From NCBI GenBank assembly GCA_048772705.1, contig JBLWGC010000185.1:1-64000 (forward strand): a stretch of DNA of 64,000 bases, read 5' to 3'. The position numbers were made by a program, and so were the translations under genes. The DNA comes from Leidyana gryllorum EB-2025a. Its lineage: Eukaryota > Protista > Apicomplexa. The notes under the pieces are model-generated. The model saw only the letters and a program-made list of their open reading frames with translations. It was not told the origin of the DNA and did not search any database. Positions 51,631-62,986 of the stretch are shown here, in pieces. Each line of letters starts with the position of its first letter. The first letter of the stretch is position 1.

Positions 51631-52149
51631 TTAAAATCCGCCATAGCCGGGAAGACGAAGGAAAACGGCACGGTTCTTGTCCAAATCGTACTCTGGGCTG
51701 CAGGTCTCCTCAGCCATCTCCCTAGTGTACACAGAACAGAAACGATCGTCGATAAAGTTCAGAGCTTCAGCCATGAAGCAAGTGTCACAGAACCAGTGCT
51801 CATGGGGCTCACACCAGACCTGAGATATACGCTTCACAGCGTTACGCAGGTGGTTGAGCATGTTCTTGCGCACTGGCCAGTTCTGTTGGGCAAATCGGCG
51901 AGCTTCTAACTCGGCTTGACGGCCCAACAGACTGATCCTGCTGAAAGCCTCATCAAGATGGCCTCTCTGGTCGTTGGAAAGGGTGTCAGCAACACGCTGG
52001 CACTTGGGATTCTTCAAGACAGTGTCCACAAAGGTCATGTCCTGGACGACCAAAGCAGGAACATAAACTGGAACTCCTTCCTCATTCACAGCCTCCTCGG
52101 CATGTGCGAGTGAAATAGCAGCAAGCAGCGCTACAGAGAGGATCTTCAT
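51631..52149 (-). CDS. Small secreted Cys-containing hypothetical protein (paralogue A)
   Basis: Signal peptide MKILSVALLAAISLAHA; intronless ORF. Confidence 0.7.
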   Translation of the reverse strand: MKILSVALLAAISLAHAEEAVNEEGVPVYVPALVVQDMTFVDTVLKNPKCQRVADTLSNDQRGHLDEAFSRISLLGRQAELEARRFAQQNWPVRKNMLNHLRNAVKRISQVWCEPHEHWFCDTCFMAEALNFIDDRFCSVYTREMAEETCSPEYDLDKNRAVFLRLPGYGGF

Positions 52150-52235
52150 TAGTAGTATAGAACAAGTTGCAATAGAGTCCAATATTGTCAGTATGTTTTG
52201 AAGAAGACTTGGGGAAAACCTCTCTGAGGAAAAGC

Positions 52236-52919
52236 TCAGAGATCCACGTCGTCTGTCAAAACCCCCAAATTGACAGCTTTGAGGGGCGGCAAATCAAACT
52301 TGCGTGCCAATGAGTCAGAATTCGCGGATTTCCGCTCGGGTTCAGGATTTCCGTGGGTTGGTGACTCAATTCTTTGTCGATTAACAGGGATACGAGCAGT
52401 AGTGTCACTAACAGTATCAAAAGGGGATCTGAACTTGAAAGACGGTTTTTGATATTTCTGTTCCGGTAGAGGTTCAGCAGGACACCGAGAAACCCTCCAC
52501 TCGCGATCCATAACTTCAGCACAGACTTTCTTGCGCATGTAAATGTCAGAAATATCGACGAGCTCCTCGCATAGTCGAGGATCAATATGCAGATCTTGGC
52601 AAGCAGTATTGATGTCGATCGAAGCAACTTCCAGCAAACCATATAGAATGCGATCCCAGTCATTGCTGCTGGGCATGTTCATAAGCTTGAGCTGTTGTGT
52701 TCCGAGATTAGCCAATGAATCTGTCTGAGCAAACACCTCAGCAACCTTGTGTGCCGCAAAGCAACTCAAAGATCGCGTGAGGTCGGATGAAATCATACGC
52801 GCCAAATGTTGAAGATCTTGCGGGAGGTCCACAAACGCGAATGCGCCGAAGATTTGTCCAATGTCAGCTGCCACGAGCGGAGTGGCAGCCAGAAATGCCA
52901 TCCATAGTACACTGATCAT
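52236..52919 (-). CDS. Secreted Cys-containing hypothetical protein (paralogue B)
   Basis: Signal peptide MISVLWMAFLAATPLVAA; intronless ORF. Confidence 0.7.
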   Translation of the reverse strand: MISVLWMAFLAATPLVAADIGQIFGAFAFVDLPQDLQHLARMISSDLTRSLSCFAAHKVAEVFAQTDSLANLGTQQLKLMNMPSSNDWDRILYGLLEVASIDINTACQDLHIDPRLCEELVDISDIYMRKKVCAEVMDREWRVSRCPAEPLPEQKYQKPSFKFRSPFDTVSDTTARIPVNRQRIESPTHGNPEPERKSANSDSLARKFDLPPLKAVNLGVLTDDVDL

Positions 52920-53013
52920 ACCACCAACGTGTGTGCCGGAGACACGCACGTGGAACACACACCGATTACAACAATCTACCTCGTACCTTCGTTCCCTAGC
53001 GTCTGCAGTGCAG

Positions 53014-54650
53014 CTAGATTCCTAGACATGGCAGCACTAAACGTAGCAGCTTTGGGTGATCCGGTTTCGGTTTGTCGTTGGTCCCCCAAGAGCACCTTGG
53101 ATACGCCAACTGCCGGAGGACTACCGCTGGTCATCCAATTGGTGTCGTTTTCGTTTCCGGCATAATCGCCGCTGCGGCCGGAATGTCCTCGGTGTAGTAT
53201 ACTATGGACAGGAGCGGGATTCTTAAATGGTTGAATGATTATCAGTCAAACAGAAGCGGATTTCACTCACTATGGTGGGGAAGAAAGGTTGATCAAATCC
53301 TAGGGGAAATTGCCAATTCCAATTGTAGAGACAGCAACAAGGAACGTACCAAAGTGGCGAGGGTCTTCCAAGACGGCTTCTTGAGCTTCTCTCGCTGCAT
53401 TGATCTTTGCTTCCTGAACACGTCGTACACTTGGTGGTTCCAATGTGTAGCCAAGTGCTAGTAGGCAATGAGGCGGGCGAGTAGGTAATCCTCACCTTGT
53501 TTTTCTGCGAGTGTTATGCCTCCTGGCTGCTGTGTGACAGAAGTTTGTTTGGCAGGAGGAGGAGCACTAAAGACGTCGAACGGGGAGGTGCTTGCGCCGG
53601 ACCGCAAACCCTCCAGCGGATTACTTTGAGGCGGTGCTGATGCCGGCTGGTTACTCGGCATTGGCGTAGTAGATTGCGGAGAGGCTGAATTGAACTTGGT
53701 ATAGTCAACATTAGGAGAAGGGGTGCTCCAGAAGTCATCCAGCAATATATCCTTCTGGCCCGAGCTTGTGGGGCGACTGTCATTCTTGTTGCGACTCGAA
53801 CTGTTTTGATCTTCGACCACTACAGTGAGTGGTTGACTTGACACTTGTGTCCAGGAGGAGGGTGGGTCAGGGAAATCGTCCAGGAGATTGTTAGTGGTTT
53901 GCGCCGGTCTGCATCACGAGGTGGAAGAGTGACTCTGGTGTGTCCGTGCTCACGGTTTTGTTGATGTCGTGGTGCGTTTTGATGATTTTTGCCGACTGCT
54001 CCGCGGCTTTGGCGGTTCCGGATTAGTGTCCGTAGATGTGACTACTGGCACTGTCTTGGGTGCTTTTGGCCTCTTGTCGGCGGGAATGGCTGACCGTGGA
54101 TCCCCGCCTGTAGTGTTGAGGACAGCCAGTTGTCCGGAAAGGGTTGGTGGGCTCACCTGACGAGTACTTCTCGGCGGGCGACAGCACAGATCCCGGAGGG
54201 GCCCACTGTTTGGCCCCGTACTTGGCCTCTATAAAGTAGCCCATTGCTCTGGGAGAAGATGACCAGACTTGGAGGTGCTTTCGCGACTCACGAGTCGTGC
54301 GGCGACGGCTTTGGCCGTTTGTAGTCTTCGGGGAGGGCATATTCATAATAAGCGTTAGCGACTTCGTTGCCCACGGCTCCCATAAGCTAAGATTGGTGTC
54401 GAAAGGAGAGCTTCAGACGACTTTCTGTCCTTACATCGACATACTCTTGGGCCCATTCATCCAGGGCGACCGATTTGACTTTACTTATATGGGTGCCCAA
54501 GTCTCGATGGATGCCCGAGCAGTCAATGCATATAAAGACTCCGAGGTTTATACTCGCCCATCTCGGCGCACTGGCCTTGCAGTCTGCACAGACACTATTG
54601 CCTGGCTTCTTGAGAATGCTCTGCAAAGTCGGCCCAGCCGAGCCCCTCAT
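53014..54650 (-). CDS. ArfGAP (SMAP/Age2-type) with a disordered C-terminus; multi-exon, 3' end uncertain
   Basis: CADC-x16-CIDC zinc finger, WASINLGVFIC, HRDLGTHISKVKS, GNEVAN, FIEAKY; downstream exons join through GT-AG introns. Confidence 0.85.
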
Positions 54651-54851
54651 CGCTCGCTCTACACGACGAAAAAAGTGCCCTCCAATTTCCCGTGCCTACT
54701 CCGCCAGGTCCCGATCTGACGACTGTCTAAGTTGACACAATTATCGCCCGATATCATGTTTGTGTGAGTGCTGTTCCAGCTGAATTGGGGGTTTTGTAAC
54801 TCTTTTTTATCCACTCCATAGTGCAGAAGAAGAGGAACCCTCAACAATAAA

Positions 54852-55370
54852 TCATACATTTTGAAGGTACGCAGGATGGGGGAATGGATTCAGTTCGTCT
54901 TTGCGACCCCCTCTCTGCGCAGGGCCAGAATATTTATGCCCAGTCTGTGCTCCCTGTCTCTCTCGCGCCTGTCTCTCCCGAGTGGCTGTCGCGCGGGCTG
55001 CCAATTCTGATGCCCTGCCACACAAATATCCATTCATGTCATCATCCACTCGCACTCACCGGCTCCTATTCGCCGTTTGATCCACCCGACTGATATCGCT
55101 CAACTTGTGAGGCATCGTGGCTGTTCGAGTACCGCTAACGCGAGGGAGCCCACTGCTCCTCCCCCCACTGTGGAGATGGGGTGAGGCTCGCAAAGAGGGC
55201 ACACTCCGCTTTCCGGTCGCACGAAGAGCTCCTGGCTGAAGTCCTGCACTACGATACGCCGCTTCGCTAATTCTTCCGTGTATCTCTTCTCCTGGCAACA
55301 TAGCTTCGCCTTGCAGCGCCTGCCCAGCAGCCAGGGCGGCTGCGACGAAAAGACACGTTATCCACTTCAT
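54852..55370 (-). CDS. Hypothetical secreted protein (3' exon structure uncertain)
   Basis: Signal peptide MKWITCLFVAAALAAGQA; GTGAGT donor at 55059. Confidence 0.45.
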
Positions 55371-55421
55371 AGCACTTTCGATCACTAGCGATGACACACT
55401 AGATTCACATGCACTCGTGCT

Positions 55422-56745
55422 CTAGTCTCCGGCTGCCTGTGTGACCTGGGGAGGGGTAGTCCCCGATGACGGAGCCTCTGTAGCACCAGAAACACTTCCT
55501 TGGCTCGTGTCTTGAGGCTGACCGCTGGCCGCCGGGTCAATTCGCGCTCGTCGAGGCTCCGCGCCCTCCAACGGGTCCGGTGCGACTCGTTTCCTTCTAA
55601 ACTCGCCCTTATCCAGCGCCTTGCGCCACTTCTCGTATCGTTTCAGTATCGGCAACGCTTTCTGCCACCGCTGTTCATCAAAGTTATTGTACTCCTCCAT
55701 CGCTCTCGACACTTTGGCCTCCAGCAACTGAGCCTTCTTTGCAAATTTCATCGCCATCTGCTCGTCTGCAGCGATTTCCCGGGGGGCCAAGCGAGGGAAG
55801 TACTCCTGACTCAGAAAGTCGACCAAATTCGGCGACTTGTACTCTGTGTGCATTATGTAGAGGAAGATCCCAACAGCCAACTCGCTGGGCGGGTGCAGAA
55901 AGTGAAGATTGGTCGTCCACAGCATTAGGGCTATTCTTTCTGACCGATCCTGCAAGGCAACACCCACAACCACATACATTCTCTCGGGCGGAATGTCGTG
56001 ATACATTGGTTGGGTGGCTAAGAAACCCGGAGGCAGACTCTGATCTTTTATCCTCGCTCGCCAGCCGTACCACACATTCATCATTTGACTAATGGGCGCC
56101 TGGATGTGCAGCACGGCGAGGTCAAAGTCGATGACTCCAAGCACAACACCTTCGAGCCGAACCACTTGATCCATGTCAACTTTGTCCTTGGCCTCCAGAA
56201 ACATCGACTTCATTGTAATGTGTTCCGATAGCCCCTCCCCCTTTATGCCAGCCATAATGCACGCCAGCCACACCGGCACCGGATTATATCGAGCCAGACT
56301 CTCCTGAAGTGCGTGTCGTACATCTCCGAGGCACACACACACACACACACTCGTCAAAGCGCAGCTCACCTTGATACAGAAACGCGAAAAGTAACACAGG
56401 GCGGTGTCTACGATCCGATAATCAAGACGTTTGTCTTCACAGCATAACTTGATACCACTTCGCACAATCCACGCACGCCATATCTCTTGAGTCTCTGGCT
56501 GCACATCGCACATGTTCGCAGGATCTGCTGCGGGCTCTTACCGTCATGGGACAGGATGGGACAGCTCCCATACTGATGCCATTTTCACTATGTTCCTTCT
56601 TTTTCTCGGCGATGAGAGCCTGAATTGACTCTGCAAGATTGGCCTGAACCTTCTTCCTCCAGTCATCCTCGCTTTCGAAGATCCAGTTTCTCAAATGTGT
56701 TGAACCAAGTGGCCAAGGGAGGGGAGGCTTGGCTGCTGAAGTCAT
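55422..56745 (-). CDS. CCNH: Cyclin H (CAK/TFIIH cyclin); 3 exons
   Basis: N-terminal STHLRNWIF; cyclin box TALCYFSRF...YNP...LACI...KGE...LEGVVLGVIDFDLAVLH; introns near 56542-56495 and 56369-56304. Confidence 0.8.
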
Positions 56746-57836
56746 TCTCTGGAGAGTTTTTTTTTGTTGCCTAGCTGCCTCATATCGCGCATCAGGTCTC
56801 TGGTAGCAGCAAGTGCTGCAAGTATAGCTTCTTGGCCTTCACTTTCATTGGCGGTTTCCCAATTGGCCATCACGCGAGTTAGCAGTTCCAGCTGCCGCAG
56901 TAGCGCGGGGTTAATCGAGTCCGCGAAGTGGACTTCGCCGTCGGCTGCAGGCTCTGATGTCGCCATCTGAGCATCCGCTGATGTCTCTTGCTGGCTGGTG
57001 TCTCTGCGGAGTCGGTCGACGTACTGGGCCCCCGCGGCCGCAATCTCTCGCGCTGCTCGGATGCGGGCCGCGTGCACAATGTCCAGCAGCGCTTGCCACT
57101 CCACCAGCCGACGAGAAGTGACTTTGTCTTCGAAAGTGACAGGAGTGGTGGAAATGTTAGTAGTCGGTCGAGGGTTATAAATAGTGTTTAATACCATACT
57201 GAACGCAGTATCACTGCTGAACTCTACCTTGAGCTCCTCTCCGATCTTGTTGTACGCCTTCAATGTCTCCAAGACCTTCCCAGACCTATGTGATGACAAC
57301 CCGTTCCACACCTCAAGTAACAGATTTCCCGTAGGACTTTCGAATTCATCGATGCGCCTCCGCCGCACAAAGTCGCTGCCGTAGCGGGCAAGATTGAGTT
57401 TACGCTCTTCTTCCTTTAGAAACGTCTCCACACCAGCAGACGACGACGATGCCGCCGACCCCTGCTGACTACTGTCTTTGGACGCTGACTTGTGCTGCGT
57501 CGAAAAGACAAACGATGGGATCACCAATCGCACCGACAGATCGGGATGAGCGGCAAACACAGGGTCTGCGACTCGGCTCGGAACGTCATCCAAATGCCAG
57601 AACCCAAGGCAGCTATAATCGGGGGTTAAAGTGGCCAACGCGGTGGCCATGCGCTCCTCTAACTCAGCTTCACCAGTCTTGAATGCGTCCAGTGGGTACG
57701 CTAAAGTCGAAGTGACCGTCAATGAGTCATCGCTTCGGGTTCCAAACAGTAATCCACTCGGACTCCATTCGTATGACTCCTTGGTTGCAGCTGTCTGAAG
57801 AAGAGCTGATCCGTGTACTTTTATCAAGGAGAACAT
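56742..57836 (-). CDS. Catalytically inactive MPN-domain protein, eIF3 subunit H-like
   Basis: IKVHGSALL...GLLFG...LTVTSTLAYP...LEERMATALATLTPDYSCLGFWH parallels the eIF3h MPN; no JAMM HxH motif. Confidence 0.5.
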   Translation of the reverse strand: MFSLIKVHGSALLQTAATKESYEWSPSGLLFGTRSDDSLTVTSTLAYPLDAFKTGEAELEERMATALATLTPDYSCLGFWHLDDVPSRVADPVFAAHPDLSVRLVIPSFVFSTQHKSASKDSSQQGSAASSSSAGVETFLKEEERKLNLARYGSDFVRRRRIDEFESPTGNLLLEVWNGLSSHRSGKVLETLKAYNKIGEELKVEFSSDTAFSMVLNTIYNPRPTTNISTTPVTFEDKVTSRRLVEWQALLDIVHAARIRAAREIAAAGAQYVDRLRRDTSQQETSADAQMATSEPAADGEVHFADSINPALLRQLELLTRVMANWETANESEGQEAILAALAATRDLMRDMRQLGNKKKLSRE

Positions 57837-57861
57837 AAAAGGAAAAAACACTATGTATGAT

Positions 57862-59079
57862 TCAATCCATCATATCGCCGTCCTCCATCATGTCATCATC
57901 TCCTTCATCCATGTTATTATTCTCCTCATTGTCTGCCCCACTGTCGAACAACGCCTCCAGTTTGCTCGTTTTGAAGTAGATTCCAGCTCCATGCAGCGCC
58001 GTCTGCAAAACCTTGAAGTCGGCAATCGACATGTTTATTGCTCGCCGCTTCTCGTAACCGGTATCGCATATCACTTTATGCACATATTGACGGAAACAAG
58101 TCAATCTAGTGCTGTTCGGAGGGTCCTCTGCCTCATTCACTGGAAATGGCACACCTTTGAGCCCTTCATATATTTCCAACAGCTGATTTAACGTATTCTT
58201 CATCTTAAAAGCTGCCCCGACCGTCTTGTTCTTGCGAGAGAAGAGGATCCGCAGCATTCCATCCCATTGTGCATAGTCCGGCTGAGAACACACGTGTGTG
58301 CTGCCACTAAAAACGGCAAGACTTACTATCTGATGCTCTTTGGTGGGGCATAATTTCACAACTATCGAGTCGACCTTTGGTGGAGGGTTGAAAGACGCCG
58401 CAGAGACGTGGCAAACACGTGTCACTTTGCAGAATACTTGAGTATTGACTCCCAGTCGACAATACAGTTTATCGCCTGGCTGAGCCACCAACCGTTCTCC
58501 GAATTCCTTTTGGAACATGAGCACTGCGCATTTGAAAGGGTGCGGGTGAGTCACGAGACGGAAGATGAAAGGTGAGGAGATCTGGTAGGGCAAGTTGGCA
58601 GTGCACACGTTGAACTGCCCAAAGTCGGTTTTCAAAGCATCCCCCTCTTTTATCTCAAAGTTGGTATATCCCTGAGCCAAGCATCTCTTCTTGACTTCAG
58701 CAACCATACGGGTATCGATTTCGAGTGCCACGACCCTCCGGGCGCGGGCGCAGAGTTGGACAGTTAGATTACCGGTACCAGGTCCAATTTCCAGCACTAC
58801 ATCGCTTCTTTGGATTTCTGCAGCATCGAGAATCTTGGTGACTATCCCAGGGTTCTTCAATAAATGCTGGCCCAGTTTCTTGTTCATCTTGAATCCGAGT
58901 TTTGCTTTGCTCACACCAGCATTTCGTCCTTCTTGATTGCCATGCTTCCCTTTGGCTGGTGACGAGCTGCCTTTCCCTCGATTCTTAGAGCTGACCTTCT
59001 CAGCAACCGCCTTGAGCTGGCCAGCGCCGGGGAATAATTGGCCTTCGTTGGCTTTGAACAACTTGCGGCCCTTGGCCAT
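57862..59079 (-). CDS. DIM1: 18S rRNA dimethyladenosine transferase Dim1; 2 exons
   Basis: GQHLLKNP, VLEIGPGTGNLT, ANLPYQISSP, MFQKEF, FNPPPKVDS; in-frame 45-nt intron at ~58327-58283; likely ATG at 59079. Confidence 0.95.
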   Translation of the reverse strand: MAKGRKLFKANEGQLFPGAGQLKAVAEKVSSKNRGKGSSSPAKGKHGNQEGRNAGVSKAKLGFKMNKKLGQHLLKNPGIVTKILDAAEIQRSDVVLEIGPGTGNLTVQLCARARRVVALEIDTRMVAEVKKRCLAQGYTNFEIKEGDALKTDFGQFNVCTANLPYQISSPFIFRLVTHPHPFKCAVLMFQKEFGERLVAQPGDKLYCRLGVNTQVFCKVTRVCHVSAASFNPPPKVDSIVVKLCPTKEHQIVSLAVFSGSTHVCSQPDYAQWDGMLRILFSRKNKTVGAAFKMKNTLNQLLEIYEGLKGVPFPVNEAEDPPNSTRLTCFRQYVHKVICDTGYEKRRAINMSIADFKVLQTALHGAGIYFKTSKLEALFDSGADNEENNNMDEGDDDMMEDGDMMD

Positions 59080-59148
59080 CTGCAAAAAAAATGGGCTCTC
59101 TCTCAGCCACCACCAGTCTGGGGAAAAAAATCGATCTGGGCCCACAAT

Positions 59149-60561
59149 ATGGGCAATGCCTTCCTGTTCCCCAAAACGCCCGCCACCGTAAGCAGGGTAT
59201 TTGCACGCGTGTGCGTGTGTGCGTGTGTACCAGCTCTCTGGCATCTGTGGGTAATTGCTGAATGGTAGTATCAACTAGACGATGTTGCTGGGCTGTTCTG
59301 GGTACCGGACAATCTGGCTGACGCCCAGCCGCCGATGAGCGATTTGCGGTACTTTTACAAAGAGAGGACTGCGGACGCCACATGGATACCTTGTCAATAT
59401 TTCGGGGCGCTGAGCGACTTGGGTCGTCGCACTGTGCTTCTGTATTTCCATGGTGAGTGATCGATGTTTCTTTGTCTCTGGATGGCCTTTCGGTTTGGTT
59501 TCTAAAGGGAATTCGTGTGATCTGGGCGACATGATGGACGAGATGAAATGCATCCGTGACTTTTCCAGTCGGCACGTGGTTCACTTTGAGTATCCTGGGT
59601 AGGTGGGCTGTTGTATGAGAGTTTGATTTCCATCTGATTTAGCTATGGCGTGTGCAACGCGGATGGGCTCTCAGCCAGTGCTGCCAAGATTGATCAATGG
59701 GCTCGAGCTGTAGCTACCTTTCTCCTAGCTCTGGGTGTTCCGGCACGTAGTATAGTGCCATTTGGCCGATCTATCGGCACAGGTCCGGCCACAAAGTTGG
59801 CGCATTGGCTCCTCCGTACACAAGGAGAGGTTGGTGGGTGCATTTTGCAGAGCCCATATACGTCTATTCACGACTTGGTGAGAGGTAAGAAGAAGAAGGT
59901 TCCCTCCCCCCCCCCGTCCCAACTGGCACACTCGAATCGTTGCTGTTGGTGCAGACTACGCGTGGACTCCGGCGACTTGGATATTCAACAACGACTGGGA
60001 CACAAAACGTGAGCTGGAAGAGATGGCCCAGTGTGGGGGCAAAGTGCCGTTGTTGGTGGTGCACGGGGAGATAGACGAAGTAATCCCGGTAAAGCACGGG
60101 CGTGAGTTGGTAGTCACGTATCCCGTATCGGACGCAATGAAAGAAGGTGTGTTCCCACGAGGATCCCAACACAACTCGTACTATGTGGTGGAGGATCTGG
60201 TGAACCCCATTGACCGGTTTCTACGTAACAAAGGAGGCGAATTGTAAGTGGCTGTGTGGGAGAGTGAGATTGACGAATTCGTTGTCCCAGACAAAGGGAG
60301 CCCATAACCGTTGAGATTCCGACTTTCGCTACGACTTTGCCGAGCAGTCTCCGCATCCACCGCCAGAGGTCCACCGGAGCGCTCGCAAATGTGGCACCCA
60401 CTGACAGTGCCCCTAATCATCGCGAAGAGGAGGGAATAGTCTCGGGAGTCCCGGTGCAAAGACAAAATTACGGCATATTGAACTACATCTGGTGCTGTGC
60501 CTCGCCCCAGCCAGCCAGCCCTGAAGAGATAACGCATACGATGAGTAGCGGGCGCAGATAG
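59149..60561 (+). CDS. Alpha/beta hydrolase, ABHD17/ABHD13-like (candidate depalmitoylase); multi-exon
   Basis: MGNAFLFP (myristoylation-like start), LYFHG|NSCDLG, FEYPG|YG, nucleophile GRSIGTG, VHGEIDEVIP, HN. Confidence 0.85.
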
Positions 60562-60577
60562 CTTTATCAAATTTTCG

Positions 60578-62917
60578 ATGGGGTGGAGTCGGAAGAAGCG
60601 TCCTGGCAATCGCCCCACAAAGGAGTGGGTTAGGGGACAGCCGATTGTAGAAGAGAACCCCCGATATGAGAGATACTACAGGGTTAGTGAGAGAGAGAGG
60701 TATCCATCAACCAATCGATCCCCTTTAGGACCAGGGCGTCTGCCAAACCGATGAGGAACTCCAGACAATGATGACGAGCTTCAGGACCGCCCTCCCCGGT
60801 AAGCGAGAGAGACAGAGACAGAGAGATGACGCCGTTTCTCAACTTTACCCGCAGTTTCCTTCCGCATCTCGGCCGCTACGGACCTAAAAAAGGCGGTTAT
60901 TGAGGAAGTTCTCGGCCAAAAAGCGGTTCTCGAGAATGGCCAACAAGACGCTCCCAAACGTCTCCAATGGTACCCCGAAGGCCTCGCGTTCCAGTGGGAG
61001 GCCATTGCGAGGAAAACAATGAGACGGAACCCCGCCCTCGCCGAGATCAAAAAGTATCTCGTCACAGAGAACGAGATGGGAGCTGTCACACGCCAAGAAG
61101 CCGTCTCGATGATACCCCCTTTGTGTTTGGACGTCCGTTCCAACAACGCTGTCCTCGATATGTGTGCAGCCCCGGGGTCAAAAACCTCTCAGATCATCGA
61201 TCTGAGTGTGATGGATACCCCGGGAACGGACTCTCTCAATCTCCAGTTCCCGGCCGAAGCTGCTGTGGTTGCCAATGATGTCAATATCGCCCGTGCGCGA
61301 ATGCTCCGACATCAGCTCCAGCGTCAGGGACACCCCGGCAGCGCAGTGACAAACTGCGATGCCTCAAACTTCCCCAAAGCACTGTCTGACTCAGCCCTCT
61401 TTGACCGCGTCCTGGCCGATGTCCTCTGTTCCGGCGACGGCACTCTGCGCAAGAACATCGATGTCTGGCCAAAGTGGACCCCACGAGGCGGCCTCCAGCT
61501 GCATCCGCGACAGCTGCAGATTCTGCTGAGAGGATTGGACCTTCTCGCCCCGCAGGGCCGCCTGGTCTATTCCACCTGCTCCCTCAACCCGATCGAAGAC
61601 GAAGCTGTGGTCGCAGCCGCTCTGGAAGCCGGCAAAGGACGCTTCCGACTACTCCCCATTCCAGAGATGGAGAACCTCAAGTACAGCCCGGGGCTCGACT
61701 CCTGGTTCGTTCCTCACGTCAAAGCCTACGAGAAGGATACCGCCGATAAAGAGACTGAAACCAGAATCGACTCAATCGAACATTTCCAACAAATGGTCGC
61801 CAAAGGAGTCTACAAAGATAATCTCGTCGACAAGACAATGTTCCCTTCCTATGCCTCTGAGGACGTTCGCAAACAACTACACCTCTGTGGCCGATTCTTA
61901 CCCCATCAGAACAACTCGGGCGGCTTCTTCTTGGCCATCTTTGAGAACACCGCCATGGAGCCCAGCGTCAAAAAGAATCGCTTCGCTGTTCAGCAAAACG
62001 AGAACGAGCGCAATAGTCTCAATGATATCACTCAAACCGGCGACGAGTTCTTCCGACCCAAAGTCGTCTCTCTCGACGATCCCGATGTCTCCACGATGGT
62101 CAACTTTTATGGCCTCTCCAAGGATTGCAAACTCGCCCCTGTCGAGTCCCCGAGACTCATCAAAGACTCCCAACCCAGGACGCCCAGATACACCTACACA
62201 TTCGTCGATCCGCGCGGAGAAGAACGCTTGGATTTGGTCCACGGATACCGCCGATTCCCTCTCCTCCGCAAAGAGGACATGGAAACTAAGCTGTATTTGA
62301 CTACACCTCGACTTATAGATATGGCCATGGCCATGAGAGCGCCTGTCCGCGCCCTGCAGTACGGTGTCAAGGCTTTCGACCGCTTGGACGATCGCTTCGC
62401 ACAGGCTTCTGGCTCGCCCTTCAGACCAATGATGGAAGCGGCCCCATGGCTGATACCTTTCATGAGACGCAGAGTCTTGTTCGCCACTTACAAGGCTGTT
62501 GAAGAAATGTTGGAGGCCGAGTGGAACTCACACAAATTGCTCGAGCTCGAAGCCGATGGGGCAGTTGCCAATGTCGATTCCATCCGTCAGCAGCGATCTG
62601 ATGGGGAGGGGGCTTGGCTTGAGCCAGGTGGAGCGTACTTGATTGCGTGTAACGAGTTTGAGGCCTTGGCAGCTTCCAACTCCTCAGAGCCTCCGCGGCA
62701 ACTTGGATGCCTTCGAATCCCATGCTTGCTGAGTCTGGCCGGCAATATGCAAGCATTGGTTAAGAAACAGGTCAAGGACGCCATTCTGCTTCATCTCGGT
62801 GGCGGAAGTCCAATCACCTTCCGAGGCGAGAACGAAGGGGAAACATCAGAGATACAGACTCAAGACGACGCAAGTCTTGCACCTCCCACCGAGGGAACCT
62901 TAGACAATGATGATTAG
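60578..62917 (+). CDS. NSUN2: tRNA m5C methyltransferase NSUN2/Trm4; 3 exons
   Basis: TRQEAVSMIPP, DMCAAPGSKT, FDRVLADVLCSGDGTLRKN, YSTCSLNPIEDEAV, FLPHQNNSGGFF; two 5' introns extend the ORF to the ATG at 60578. Confidence 0.93.
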
Positions 62918-62986
62918 ACCCTGCAGTTAGACATACTGAATCACAGAACTGATCTACCCCAAAAAGAACAATTCTCATCGTCAGCG

